Assembly (NCBI GenBank): GCA_018970425.1
Contig: JAGWWK010000001.1
Coordinates: 144,845 to 208,844, forward strand
Source: Patescibacteria group bacterium
GTDB taxonomy: Bacteria > Patescibacteriota > Minisyncoccia > Phycocordibacterales > Phycocordibacteraceae
DNA length: 64,000 bases
Direction of reading: 5' to 3'
Part shown: positions 48,359 to 57,846 of the stretch, piece after piece
Position numbering within the stretch: the stretch's first letter is position 1
Layout: each line of letters begins with the position of its first letter
The notes under the pieces: model-generated
Database searches by the model: none
What the model was told of the DNA's origin: nothing
What the model saw: the letters and a program-made list of their open reading frames with translations, nothing else
Made by a program: the position numbers and the translations under genes

Positions 48359-48474
48359 TTCGAATAGTAATGTGCGAGAGCAGTCAAACTGACTATTGTC
48401 AGAATAACAGAAACTAGTGCCAAAGTGTAGTGAATTGTTCCATCTTTTGACTCTTCTGCTTGCTCGTGACTCAT
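48355..48474 (-). CDS. 39-aa single-TM peptide (below the ORF-track cutoff)
   Basis: MSHEQAEESKDGTIHYTLALVSVILTIVSLTALAHYYSN*; fills the gap exactly; TATAAT 9 nt upstream. Confidence 0.55.
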   Translation of the reverse strand: MSHEQAEESKDGTIHYTLALVSVILTIVSLTALAHYYSN

Positions 48475-48484
48475 GTACCGAGAA

Positions 48485-48847
48485 TTATAATCGTATATCG
48501 TCGAGGGCGTCCTCTACTGAGCGTGACGCGGTACCCATCGGCGCTTCATTAATAATTGGCGCACGGTACTCACCTCCTCCATTCTGTCCGCGGGTCGAGC
48601 CGGCAGGCTCGTTGATCTTCAAGTTTACGCGGGCATTATTCTTCATTCCGACTACGCGCAAGAGAATACGGATCGCCTTAGCGGTGTTACCTGAGCGCCC
48701 AATGACCTTACCCATATCCGCAGGATTAACATCGAGCGTAAGAAGCACTCCCATCTCGTCAACCTGGCGCGCTACTTTTACATCAGCGGGATTGTCTACC
48801 AATGCTTTAATTACGTATTCGAGAAATTCCTGGTCGCCGTTCTGCAT
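48485..48847 (-). CDS. khpA: KH-domain RNA-binding protein KhpA
   Basis: LVDNP..V, DMGKVIGRSGNTAKAIR; downstream of rpsP. Confidence 0.9.
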   Translation of the reverse strand: MQNGDQEFLEYVIKALVDNPADVKVARQVDEMGVLLTLDVNPADMGKVIGRSGNTAKAIRILLRVVGMKNNARVNLKINEPAGSTRGQNGGGEYRAPIINEAPMGTASRSVEDALDDIRL

Positions 48848-48902
48848 AATCTGTTTATTAGGTTAATAGGTCCGCTACTTACTATAGCAAAAGACCGCTC
48901 TC

Positions 48903-49211
48903 TTACGAAGCGGTCTCGGATGCACTCTCTTTTTTTGCAACTACCTTTTTCGGAAGGACATTCACCTTTTTCCCTTTCACAATACCTTTTGACAGGAGGA
49001 GGTTATGGACCGTGCCAGATGCCTGAGCGCCTTTCTTGATCCACTCCTGAACGCGCTCCGCGTCGATCACCGTATGCTTGGTGCGCGGATTGTATGAGCC
49101 CAGGTACTCGAAGTGCTTACCCGACTTAGGACTGTACTTCTTCTCCCCGACGACGATTTTAAAAGACGGGTCGTTGGTCCGTCCGGTACGCTTCAGTCGT
49201 ATTGCTAACAT
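48903..49211 (-). CDS. rpsP: 30S ribosomal protein S16
   Basis: MLAIRLKRTG, LGSYNP, W..KGAQ.S.TV. Confidence 0.96.
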   Translation of the reverse strand: MLAIRLKRTGRTNDPSFKIVVGEKKYSPKSGKHFEYLGSYNPRTKHTVIDAERVQEWIKKGAQASGTVHNLLLSKGIVKGKKVNVLPKKVVAKKESASETAS

Positions 49212-49230
49212 ACGTGCTACTCTACCAGAA

Positions 49231-51174
49231 ATGGAGAAAAAGAGCAATCTGGGCAAGGGGAGGGGCGAGCGAACGATTACCGGAGTCATTCAGGTTACTC
49301 GAAGCGGCAAGGGGTTCCTCATCATGCCTGAGGGGCGTGATGATATACCTATACCTCGCGACCGTCTGGGAGGGGCACTCTCGGGCGATATCGCCGAGGT
49401 ACGTCTTAGCCGAGGCACTCGCGAGACTATCGGCACCGTACTTCGAGTCTGCGAGCGCAAGCGTAGCTCGTTTGTTGGCAGAGTTGAGGAGCGTGGTGGC
49501 AAGGTACTCGTTCCGCGCGACCCGCGTGTACGCACCATCTTTGCCCTTCCCGGCACTACAGTCGAGCCGGGCCAGATGGTGAGCGTTGATGTCACTAATT
49601 GGGATACCACCCCGCCCGAAGCGCGAGTTCGTACTGTCCTTGGCATTGAGGGAGAGCACGAAACAGAGATGCGGGCCATACTTACTGACCATGCGTTCCG
49701 CGTCGACTTCCCCGAAGATGTGACGCGCGAAGCCGCTGCACTGCACATCACTGAAGACGCAATCCGACAGCGACGCGACATGCGCGACACGCATACATTC
49801 ACCATCGACCCGACTACCGCTAAAGACTTCGATGACGCACTCTCGTTTAAAGAATTAGGAGACGGAACGATTGAGCTTGGCGTGCACATTGCGGACGTTT
49901 CTCACTTCGTGCGTCCGGGCTCACCGCTTGACCGTGAGGCAGCACAGCGCGCTACCAGCATCTACCTCGTCGATCGCACAATACCGATGTTACCGCCCCG
50001 CCTCTCTGAGGACTTATGCTCACTGGTTCCGAATGAAGACCGACTGACGATGAGCGCCATCTTTGTCATGCGTGGTACGCAGGTTGTATCACGATGGTTC
50101 GGCCGTACCGTCATACGATCAACAAAGCGCTTCACCTATGATGAAGCAGATGTGGTCCTCGAGGATCCTACGCATCCGATGGGCGCTACACTGCGCGCGA
50201 TCCGCGCCATCGCTGACGCACTGCGTGCCGAACGTATAGCCGCAGGAGCTCTTATTTTTGACCGCACGGAGGTGCGTCCCGTACTTGATGCCGCAATGCG
50301 CGTCGTCGGCTTTTCTCGAACAGAGGCAACCGCATCACATCGACTCATTGAAGAGTGTATGCTTCTCGCCAATCGCGAGGTTGCTACGTTCGCTCGCACC
50401 GCACTGCCATCCGACATGCGTGTCTTTATGTACCGCGTGCACGAGGGGCCCTCACTCGACAAGCTTGAAAACCTCGCCACTCTTCTTCGCGCGATTGGCT
50501 ATTCTCTCACTTTGACATCGACAGGCGTAAGTCAAACCGAGCTCGGGCGGATGCTCCGCTCAGTTTCGGGGGCGCCAGAAGAAGGGCTCATACAAACGGC
50601 CACCATTCGCTCGATGTCCCGCGCAACGTACACTACAAAAAATATTGGCCACTACGGCTTGTCATTTAAAGACTATGCGCACTTCACCTCTCCAATCAGG
50701 CGCTACCCCGACGTACTTGTACACCGCTTACTAGCTCAACTCATCGCGGGCGAACCAGTAACGGACGACCCAAAAACCATAGAGCTTTTGGCCGTGCATG
50801 CATCGGAACGCGAAGCTGAGGCCGCCGAGGCAGAACGCGAAAGTGTAAAGCTCAAGCAGGCTGAATTTCTGTGGGGTAAGGTCGGGATGGTGCGCGAGGG
50901 CACAATATCCGGTGTTACCGAGTGGGGTGCCTATGTAGAGGACCGTGAGTCCGGCGGGGAGGGTATGGTGCACATCTCTCGCCTACCGGGCTTCGAGCAC
51001 GCGCCACGCCAGTTTGCGCTTGTAAACCATGCATCCAAGGAGCGCGTCCGCCTTGGCGACCGCGTCGCATTCACCATCACTGCAGTCGATGTGCGCGCCG
51101 GAACTATTGACTGCACGCTTGCACTCGAGCCGCAACTGCCGGCACAACGCGCGGGTCGAAAACATCGGGAATAA
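49231..51174 (+). CDS. rnr: Ribonuclease R (RNB family)
   Basis: FTIDP.TAKDFDDA, HIADVSH, HFTSPIRRYPD, C-terminal S1 domain; start reassigned to ATG 49231. Confidence 0.92.
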   Translation: MEKKSNLGKGRGERTITGVIQVTRSGKGFLIMPEGRDDIPIPRDRLGGALSGDIAEVRLSRGTRETIGTVLRVCERKRSSFVGRVEERGGKVLVPRDPRVRTIFALPGTTVEPGQMVSVDVTNWDTTPPEARVRTVLGIEGEHETEMRAILTDHAFRVDFPEDVTREAAALHITEDAIRQRRDMRDTHTFTIDPTTAKDFDDALSFKELGDGTIELGVHIADVSHFVRPGSPLDREAAQRATSIYLVDRTIPMLPPRLSEDLCSLVPNEDRLTMSAIFVMRGTQVVSRWFGRTVIRSTKRFTYDEADVVLEDPTHPMGATLRAIRAIADALRAERIAAGALIFDRTEVRPVLDAAMRVVGFSRTEATASHRLIEECMLLANREVATFARTALPSDMRVFMYRVHEGPSLDKLENLATLLRAIGYSLTLTSTGVSQTELGRMLRSVSGAPEEGLIQTATIRSMSRATYTTKNIGHYGLSFKDYAHFTSPIRRYPDVLVHRLLAQLIAGEPVTDDPKTIELLAVHASEREAEAAEAERESVKLKQAEFLWGKVGMVREGTISGVTEWGAYVEDRESGGEGMVHISRLPGFEHAPRQFALVNHASKERVRLGDRVAFTITAVDVRAGTIDCTLALEPQLPAQRAGRKHRE

Positions 51175-52249
51175 TGTGCTCGCGATCTGGGGCATCAACA
51201 AGTTCAGCAAGCGCCTCTGCTGCGGCACGCTTCATGGGCTCCGTAATCTTCGGAATACGCGCGTCAAGAACGCCACGAAACACTCCCGGATACGCGATGA
51301 CATTATTTATCTGATTAGGGAAATCACTGCGCCCAGTTGCCACGATGCACGCGCCCGCGGCGTATGCCTCGTCGGGCATGATCTCAGGTTCAGGATTCGC
51401 GAGCGCAAAAATAATTGGTTCCGGCGCCATGGAGCGCACATGATCGGCAGTGAGCACCCGTGCCTTAGAGACACCAATGAATACATCTGCCTGAACTAAT
51501 GCGTCTGCAAGCGCTCCATCTCGCCCGCCTACGATTACCCCTTCTATGAGAAGGCTCCGCTTTTCAGGCGTTAGATCAGAGCGTAGATTGCTGATGATTC
51601 CCTTAGAGTCGACGGCACAAATGGACCGAACGCCGTACGAGGCGAGGATTCGCATAATTGCAACTCCGGCAGCCCCCGCACCATTGACCACTACGGAAAG
51701 ATCAGCAAGTGGTTTACCTCTGACTTTCGCAGCATTTATAAGCCCTGCCAGCACCACAATCGCGGTTCCATGCTGGTCATCATGCATGACAGGTATCGGG
51801 AGTTCGCGCGCGAGCGTTGATTCAATTTCAAAGCATTTCGGAGCTGCAATATCCTCAAGATTTATCGCTCCAAATGACGGTGCGATAGCGCGTACTGCGG
51901 CAATAATTTCTTGAGCGCTGTGCACATCAAGAACAATCGGCACCGCGTTGATACCCGCGAACCGCTTGAAAAGCGCGCACTTTCCTTCCATCACAGGGAG
52001 CGCCGCCTCTGGTCCTAAGTCACCTAATCCTAAAATTGCGCTACCGTCCGAGACTACCGCGACCATATTCCCCTTACCGGTGTATTCCCACACTTTGCTC
52101 AAGTCAGCCCCGATGTCTGCAGACACCACCCCCACTCCAGGCGTGTATACATCAGCTAAGTCAGCCCTACTCTCTATAGACTGCTTCAGTGATACTTCGG
52201 TTTTCCCTTTGAGCGTTCTGTGGACACGGCGTGCTCGTTCTTCATCCAT
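51104..52249 (-). CDS. mae: NAD(P)-dependent malic enzyme
   Basis: VYTPGV, SDGSAILGLGD, PVMEGK, LEDI, HDDQHGT, GAGAAG, TGRSDFPNQINN. Confidence 0.95.
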   Translation of the reverse strand: MDEERARRVHRTLKGKTEVSLKQSIESRADLADVYTPGVGVVSADIGADLSKVWEYTGKGNMVAVVSDGSAILGLGDLGPEAALPVMEGKCALFKRFAGINAVPIVLDVHSAQEIIAAVRAIAPSFGAINLEDIAAPKCFEIESTLARELPIPVMHDDQHGTAIVVLAGLINAAKVRGKPLADLSVVVNGAGAAGVAIMRILASYGVRSICAVDSKGIISNLRSDLTPEKRSLLIEGVIVGGRDGALADALVQADVFIGVSKARVLTADHVRSMAPEPIIFALANPEPEIMPDEAYAAGACIVATGRSDFPNQINNVIAYPGVFRGVLDARIPKITEPMKRAAAEALAELVDAPDREHIIPDVFDPRVVPAVAARVQACSQ

Positions 52250-52265
52250 AGATTGTCAGTGTACC

Positions 52266-52808
52266 TTATTCGCCGACGTATTGCTCTGGCTGGTCGGCCT
52301 TTCCTACACGGAGCACGGTGTATGCTCCTGTACGTACATCCAGGTCATAGATGTTGAAGTTTGTATCGAGGTTAAAGCCATCAAAGTGACGTGCGAAGTT
52401 CATAGAAATAGAGCCCCCGGGCGACACAATCCTGTGAAAAACTCCCACCCCCCACCCTAAGAGCGCAGGGCCTTCAGACACGACTGCACCGTTGTGGCGG
52501 ATGAAATGCGGGGTGACCTCGAAGGACTCGACAGACCCGTGTCCTGGTGCATAGAGGTCGACATTTCTCTGACCACACAGCACGATGAGGTTATCCTCTT
52601 GGTGCGTGTGCATGTACCACGGGCGCATCTCGGGATGCTCGCGCGAGATCGGGCTGAAGGCACCGACCCCGTGCTCAACTCTATCTATCGCAGCAACTTC
52701 CTTCACTAACTCGACTGGCAGTTCGTGAAAATGCACACTCGGTGTTTCGCGTAGCGTCGATAGCTCTACGATAAATGCAACTCCGGGGACAATATTGTGA
52801 CGTGTCAT
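52266..52808 (-). CDS. Cupin-fold (RmlC-like) protein
   Basis: WYMHTHQEDNL...G.R, VFHR..S...GS.S.N. Confidence 0.7.
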   Translation of the reverse strand: MTRHNIVPGVAFIVELSTLRETPSVHFHELPVELVKEVAAIDRVEHGVGAFSPISREHPEMRPWYMHTHQEDNLIVLCGQRNVDLYAPGHGSVESFEVTPHFIRHNGAVVSEGPALLGWGVGVFHRIVSPGGSISMNFARHFDGFNLDTNFNIYDLDVRTGAYTVLRVGKADQPEQYVGE

Positions 52809-54040
52809 GTTTGTGCTCCTAAGATCTTTGTAATAGCGAGTGCATACGCTGCATCGCGGTATGTCTCATTGTGCTCCTTCGCAAACTGAGACACCTCGCT
52901 CCACGCTTTCGTCATAATCGCTTTAAGTTCAGTATTCACCTGCTCACGTGTTTTATGAGTTTCAGTCTGGTTCTGCTTCCACTCGAGGTACGAGACTGCG
53001 ACGCCACCAGCGTTCGCAAGCACATCTGGGATCACATCTATCTTTCGCTCGCGAAGTATCGCATCTGCTTCTGCGGTCGTGGGGCCATTTGCGAGTTCGA
53101 GCACGACTTTCGCGGTGAGCTCTTCGGCTACGCCCTTTCCTGGAGCGATCACATTATCAAGCGCTGCAGGCACGAGCACGTCTGTGTCCATAGTAAGTAC
53201 TTCGTCTGGGAGTCCGATCTCGAGCGCGACGTGGTCGCGCGCTGCTTCGATGAGTGACTCACCGCGCTCCTTAGCCACATGAAAGACGTGTGGGTCGAGC
53301 CCCTCGTCTGAAATGAGTGCAGTCTTCGAGTCTGCAATACCCACAATCTTAAATCCACGATCATAGAGAAGCATCGCCACAGTCGCACCTGCGTTACCGA
53401 AGCCATGCACGGCGACCTTCATATCATTGTGGTCGATACCACGCTCCGCGAGGTACGCTTCGAGCACGTAGACACCACCCATCGCCGTCGCTGTGTCACG
53501 CCCTTCGAGTCCACCTGCTCCAAGTGACTTACCCGTAAATGTTGCGGGTGCCTTGGTACCCGTTACCGACTCGTACTCAGCGAGCATCACGTCCATGATT
53601 TCAGAATTCGTGTACACGTCTGGAGCTGGGACATCCTTGTCTGGACCAATGTCCGTGGCAAACGCGCGTGCCCACGCCCGAGCGACAGCATGTACATCTT
53701 CTTTCGCATACGTGCGTGGATCGAACGTGACCCCACCTTTCCCGCCACCGAGCGGAATGTTCACCACCGCACACTTAATAGCCATCATCGCGGCGAGTGC
53801 CTTTACTTCGTCGAGGTCTGCCGCGGGGTGAAAGCGGATGCCACCCTTGTACGGACCACGCGCGTTATTAAACTGCACGCGATACGCAGGGAACTCATGG
53901 TGACCGTCAGCGAGGTCGACTGAGAGCTGCTTTTCGATCACGCGGTCTGGCGTCATGAGTCGTGTCACCTGTGCGTCCGTGAGCCCGAGGAGCGTTGCGG
54001 CACGCGTGACACGTGCCTGATACTGTTCAAATGCGTGCAT
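52805..54040 (-). CDS. gdhA: Glu/Leu/Phe/Val dehydrogenase (glutamate dehydrogenase)
   Basis: RGPYKGGIRFH, GGGKGG, DVPAPD, GFGNAG, ELANGP, LANAGGV. Confidence 0.93.
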   Translation of the reverse strand: MHAFEQYQARVTRAATLLGLTDAQVTRLMTPDRVIEKQLSVDLADGHHEFPAYRVQFNNARGPYKGGIRFHPAADLDEVKALAAMMAIKCAVVNIPLGGGKGGVTFDPRTYAKEDVHAVARAWARAFATDIGPDKDVPAPDVYTNSEIMDVMLAEYESVTGTKAPATFTGKSLGAGGLEGRDTATAMGGVYVLEAYLAERGIDHNDMKVAVHGFGNAGATVAMLLYDRGFKIVGIADSKTALISDEGLDPHVFHVAKERGESLIEAARDHVALEIGLPDEVLTMDTDVLVPAALDNVIAPGKGVAEELTAKVVLELANGPTTAEADAILRERKIDVIPDVLANAGGVAVSYLEWKQNQTETHKTREQVNTELKAIMTKAWSEVSQFAKEHNETYRDAAYALAITKILGAQT

Positions 54041-54041
54041 A

Positions 54042-56204
54042 CTATTTTGCGACTTTTACTGCGTCTTCTAATTTGACTGATAACACCTTCGACACTCCGT
54101 CTCCACCCATCGTGACGCCATAGAGGATCTGCGCGCGGCTCATGGTCTCTCGATTGTGCGTGATCACGACAAGTTGCGACTTCTCGGATAGCGCCGCGAT
54201 CATGTCACCGTACCGCTTTGAGTTCGCCTCGTCGAGTGCCGCGTCTGTCTCATCAAGAATAAGAAACGGGGGCGGATTTACGGACGACATCGCGAAGATG
54301 AGCGCGATTGAAGTCAGTGCGCGTTCACCTCCGGAGAGCATAACCAAAGACTGAATACGCTTTCGCGGAATGGTAAGCGCGATATCAATCCCTTCTATTA
54401 CCTGCTCAGACTCTTCAGTCCCGTCCTCAAGCGCACTCCGACGCTCTCGTACTTCGCGTACGCGAGTGAGTGCTGCCGTACCTCCCTCAAACAAAAGACT
54501 GAAAAAACGATGGAACTCCCGATTTATCGCATGGAGCCCTTCATCAAACCGCTTCGACAATTCCGCATCGAGATCGCGTATGAGCACCGTAAGCTGCTCT
54601 GATGCAGCCGTCAGATCTGCGATCTCTTTTTCTAGGTGCGACTCTCGCTCATTCGCCTCACGATACTCTTTAACAATATCGTCAGATCCCATGAGCCCCG
54701 CCTCTTCAAGACGTATTTTTACTTTTTGGAGCTCGCGCTTCTCACGCTCCTGATCCTCTCGCGGTACATCTGGTATATCCGTGAGCGAGCGGAATTCAAG
54801 GATATCTCGCCCGAGAAGTGCCGCCACCTCGCTCAATTCACGCACAAACTCCTCATCAACGAGTCGCACCCGCTCGCGCTCGGACTCAAGCACGGCGAGA
54901 CGGTACCGTACATCGCGCTCTGCCGCAGAGAGTTCAAAGAGTACGCGCTCGTTCTCCCTATCCTTCTGACGTCCAGTCTCCACGCGCTCGCGCAGGGACT
55001 CCAACTCTGCTGCCGTGCGCGCTTCAAATGTCGCAAGTTCGTTCTCTCGTCGCACCGCCGCGTCATACTCTTCAGTGCGCGACTCGAGCTCCTTACGCTC
55101 CGCTGGAGCGTCACGCGTAAGAGCCCGCATCTTTTCAAAAATACCCCGAACAAAGGTGAACACTGCATCAAGAGGTGCGGATCGCAGAGACTCAAGTTCT
55201 GCCTCGCTTCTTTCCGCGAGCGCCATGAGGTCTACCGAGGAGACAGTTGCGCGCTCAGTAATGCGTGAGAGTGCGGCAATCTCGCCCTGAAGCCGCGCCG
55301 CCGCACGTGCCGCCGCCGCGCGCTCTGCGCGCGCCCGCTCAAGGTCGCGCGAGAGCGTCAAAAGCGCTGACGAACGCGCGTCATCTGACGAGCGCTCGAG
55401 TTGCGCGCGCGCCTCCGTCGAGCGACCTAACACGCTCTGTAGTTCCTCTTCGGCTTTAGCGTATTCTTGCGTAACGCGCTCGCGCGCTGTCAGTACATAC
55501 GCTTCTTCTCGCTTGAAGTACACATGGAAGCGCTCGCGAGCAGCGCGCCGAAGCTCTTCAGCACGCTCTATTTTCTCCACCTGCCTGCGGAGGAACCGTA
55601 AATGCGGAGCGATCTCGCGGCGGAGCGCCTCAACTTGGCGCATGTTCTCTTCCGTCTTATCAAGTTTTTTTAGCGCCTCGCCTTTTTTGTACTGGTACAT
55701 CGTTATACCAAGCGCGTCCTCGAGCATCTCGCGCCTGTCCGCGGGGGAGGCCGCGAGTATTTTGTCAGCTTCACCTTGTGAAATGATATGGTGCCCGCTC
55801 TCTCCAATATTTGCTCCGGCGAGAAGTTCTTGTATATCTTTGAGTCGCACGACAGAACCGTTCAGGCGGTACTCATGAGCTCCATCGCGGTGCACGGTGC
55901 GCTCCACCGACACCTCATCAAAATCTACGGCAAGGAATCGAGAGGTGTTGTCGAAGATGATCGCGGCAGATGCGCGACCAGCGCGGGGTACGGTGTTCGA
56001 GCCGTTCCAGATCAGGTCCTCACCGCGCTTCGAGCGCATCGACTTCATCGACTGCTCGCCGAGGACAAAGCGAATACTCTCAGCGACATTACTTTTTCCA
56101 GAGCCGTTTGGTCCGACAATTGCCACGACTGCCGCGTTAAAATCGAACGAGGTTTTCTTCGCAAAAGACTTGAACCCGCTTACTTCGAGCCGTTTTAACA
56201 GCAT
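54042..56204 (-). CDS. smc: Short SMC-family ATPase (720 aa, no recognisable hinge)
   Basis: GFKSF, GPNGSGKSN, ISQG, LSGGER, LDETDAALD, ITHN; downstream of rnc. Confidence 0.85.
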   Translation of the reverse strand: MLLKRLEVSGFKSFAKKTSFDFNAAVVAIVGPNGSGKSNVAESIRFVLGEQSMKSMRSKRGEDLIWNGSNTVPRAGRASAAIIFDNTSRFLAVDFDEVSVERTVHRDGAHEYRLNGSVVRLKDIQELLAGANIGESGHHIISQGEADKILAASPADRREMLEDALGITMYQYKKGEALKKLDKTEENMRQVEALRREIAPHLRFLRRQVEKIERAEELRRAARERFHVYFKREEAYVLTARERVTQEYAKAEEELQSVLGRSTEARAQLERSSDDARSSALLTLSRDLERARAERAAAARAAARLQGEIAALSRITERATVSSVDLMALAERSEAELESLRSAPLDAVFTFVRGIFEKMRALTRDAPAERKELESRTEEYDAAVRRENELATFEARTAAELESLRERVETGRQKDRENERVLFELSAAERDVRYRLAVLESERERVRLVDEEFVRELSEVAALLGRDILEFRSLTDIPDVPREDQEREKRELQKVKIRLEEAGLMGSDDIVKEYREANERESHLEKEIADLTAASEQLTVLIRDLDAELSKRFDEGLHAINREFHRFFSLLFEGGTAALTRVREVRERRSALEDGTEESEQVIEGIDIALTIPRKRIQSLVMLSGGERALTSIALIFAMSSVNPPPFLILDETDAALDEANSKRYGDMIAALSEKSQLVVITHNRETMSRAQILYGVTMGGDGVSKVLSVKLEDAVKVAK

Positions 56205-56222
56205 AGTGTCAGTCTACCAAAC

Positions 56223-56242
56223 AAAAAAACCGCTCAGGGCGG
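56223..56242 (-). terminator. Probable intrinsic terminator after rnc
   Basis: CCGC-CCTGA-GCGG followed by T-tract on - strand. Confidence 0.5.
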
Positions 56243-56258
56243 CGGCACTACAGAACGC

Positions 56259-56996
56259 CTAGTTCTCAGACTCAAGAAGCGCCTTTTGCGCTGCTGCCTG
56301 CTCTGCTTCTTGCTTAGACTTACCCTCACCCTCCGCAACCACGACATCCCCCACGGATACAGCTACGGTGAATTGCCGCGCATGGTCAGGCCCCTCAGAC
56401 TTAACCGTTCGGTACGCGGGCGTGATGCCATACTTCGCCTGTGCAAGCTCCTGAAACGCGCTCTTCGCGTCGCGCCAAAGGCCGCGTGCCACAACATCAT
56501 CGGCGTGTGATAAGACGTGCCGTGTAATAAACGATTCCGCCGCGGCGTAGCCCTGGTCAAGGTACAACGCGCCCGTGACCGCTTCAAACGCATTTGCAAG
56601 GATGGTCGCGCGCGCGCGCCCGGTATCTCGCGCTTCTCCTTTAGAGAGAAGGAGGCACTCGTTCATGTGGAGCGTCTCCGCAATTCCGCCAAGAATTGTT
56701 GCGTTGACGAGTGCGGCGCGATACCCGGTAAGCTCTCCTTCGGTTGCGGACGGAAACTTGCGAAATAGGTGATCCGTGACAATAAGCTCGATCACCGCAT
56801 CACCAAGAAACTCAAGCCGCTCATTATGCGCACCAGCACCTGGCACCGTTTCTTTTTTCGTCGCGCGGGCCTCATTGAGATACGAGCGGTGCGTACACGC
56901 GGTCTTTAACAGATCACTATTTTTGAAAGAGATCCCGGCTTTCGCGAGGAACGCTGCAAGTCCGGCATCGTGCTCTGCTTTGCGTACCGGGCTCAT
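56259..56996 (-). CDS. rnc: Ribonuclease III
   Basis: THRS, NERLEFLGDA, FEA..GA..LD, dsRBD with G.SK..AEQ.AA. Confidence 0.96.
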   Translation of the reverse strand: MSPVRKAEHDAGLAAFLAKAGISFKNSDLLKTACTHRSYLNEARATKKETVPGAGAHNERLEFLGDAVIELIVTDHLFRKFPSATEGELTGYRAALVNATILGGIAETLHMNECLLLSKGEARDTGRARATILANAFEAVTGALYLDQGYAAAESFITRHVLSHADDVVARGLWRDAKSAFQELAQAKYGITPAYRTVKSEGPDHARQFTVAVSVGDVVVAEGEGKSKQEAEQAAAQKALLESEN

Positions 56997-57841
56997 GCGA
57001 GTGCTGCATTAATAATACCTCGAAGGTCTTCATAGAGCGGAATATCTGAGAGTTCGCTCGGTAAAAACCAGCGAACCTCCACAATTCCCTGACTCTCCGG
57101 CGTCAGAAGCGGATCTTGTACCGGCACTGACGCGAGAAAATACGCGACCGTCTTTTCATGCGTACCACTCGGCTCGTGGGCCATGTATGCGTGTTCAGCA
57201 AGTGGCCGGACAATCGTCGCTGCAAGACCGAGCTCCGCCTTTACCGCGCGTATCGCGGCGTCTTGCGACAGCTCGCCGGGCGCCAGTTCCGTTTTAGGAA
57301 GCGTCCACCGATGAAACACATCGTACACAAGCGCTACAGCGCCAGAATCTTGCGCAACTACCACTGCTCCCGCAAGCATCTGAGGAGCGCCGCTCTTCGA
57401 CCGCTCATCTTTCTGCGGCTCACCCAAGTCTCGGTACACCGAGCCAAGCACGCCGTTTACAAACTTACCTGACTGCTCTCCTCCGAACGACTTCGCGAGC
57501 TCAATAGCCTCGTTGAGCGCCACCTTAGGAGGTACGGACTGACGGTCGCCAAACAGGAGTTCAAAGAGTCCTATGCGAAGCACATTCCGATCAATCGGGG
57601 CAACATTTTCAAGCGGCCACTGAGGGGCAGCTTTTTGAATGACCGCATTAATTTCTTCAAGTTTTGCCAAAACGCCGGCAAGCAAATCTTCCGCAAACGA
57701 AAGGTCTGACGGGCCAAGAGCAAATTCTTTGGCGTTCCGCTTGAGCACCACACGCGCGTCGGTGAGCGTGAGCGTGCGCGTCATGTCGCACTCAAAAAGA
57801 GTCTGCAGGACCAGCGCTCGCGAGAGATGGCGTGACGCCAT
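56993..57841 (-). CDS. nusB: NusB fused to a C-terminal degenerate Nudix domain
   Basis: IDRNVLR, PPKVALNEAIELAK.FG, FVNGVLG; then WTLPK....GE....AAIRAVKAELGL. Confidence 0.9.
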   Translation of the reverse strand: MASRHLSRALVLQTLFECDMTRTLTLTDARVVLKRNAKEFALGPSDLSFAEDLLAGVLAKLEEINAVIQKAAPQWPLENVAPIDRNVLRIGLFELLFGDRQSVPPKVALNEAIELAKSFGGEQSGKFVNGVLGSVYRDLGEPQKDERSKSGAPQMLAGAVVVAQDSGAVALVYDVFHRWTLPKTELAPGELSQDAAIRAVKAELGLAATIVRPLAEHAYMAHEPSGTHEKTVAYFLASVPVQDPLLTPESQGIVEVRWFLPSELSDIPLYEDLRGIINAALA

Positions 57842-57846
57842 GAACG

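Noticed and set aside
48374-48467. Long imperfect hairpin suggesting a 6S/SRP-like ncRNA
   Set aside because: Too short for 6S and lacks SRP motifs; the 39-aa TM ORF on the - strand explains the gap better.
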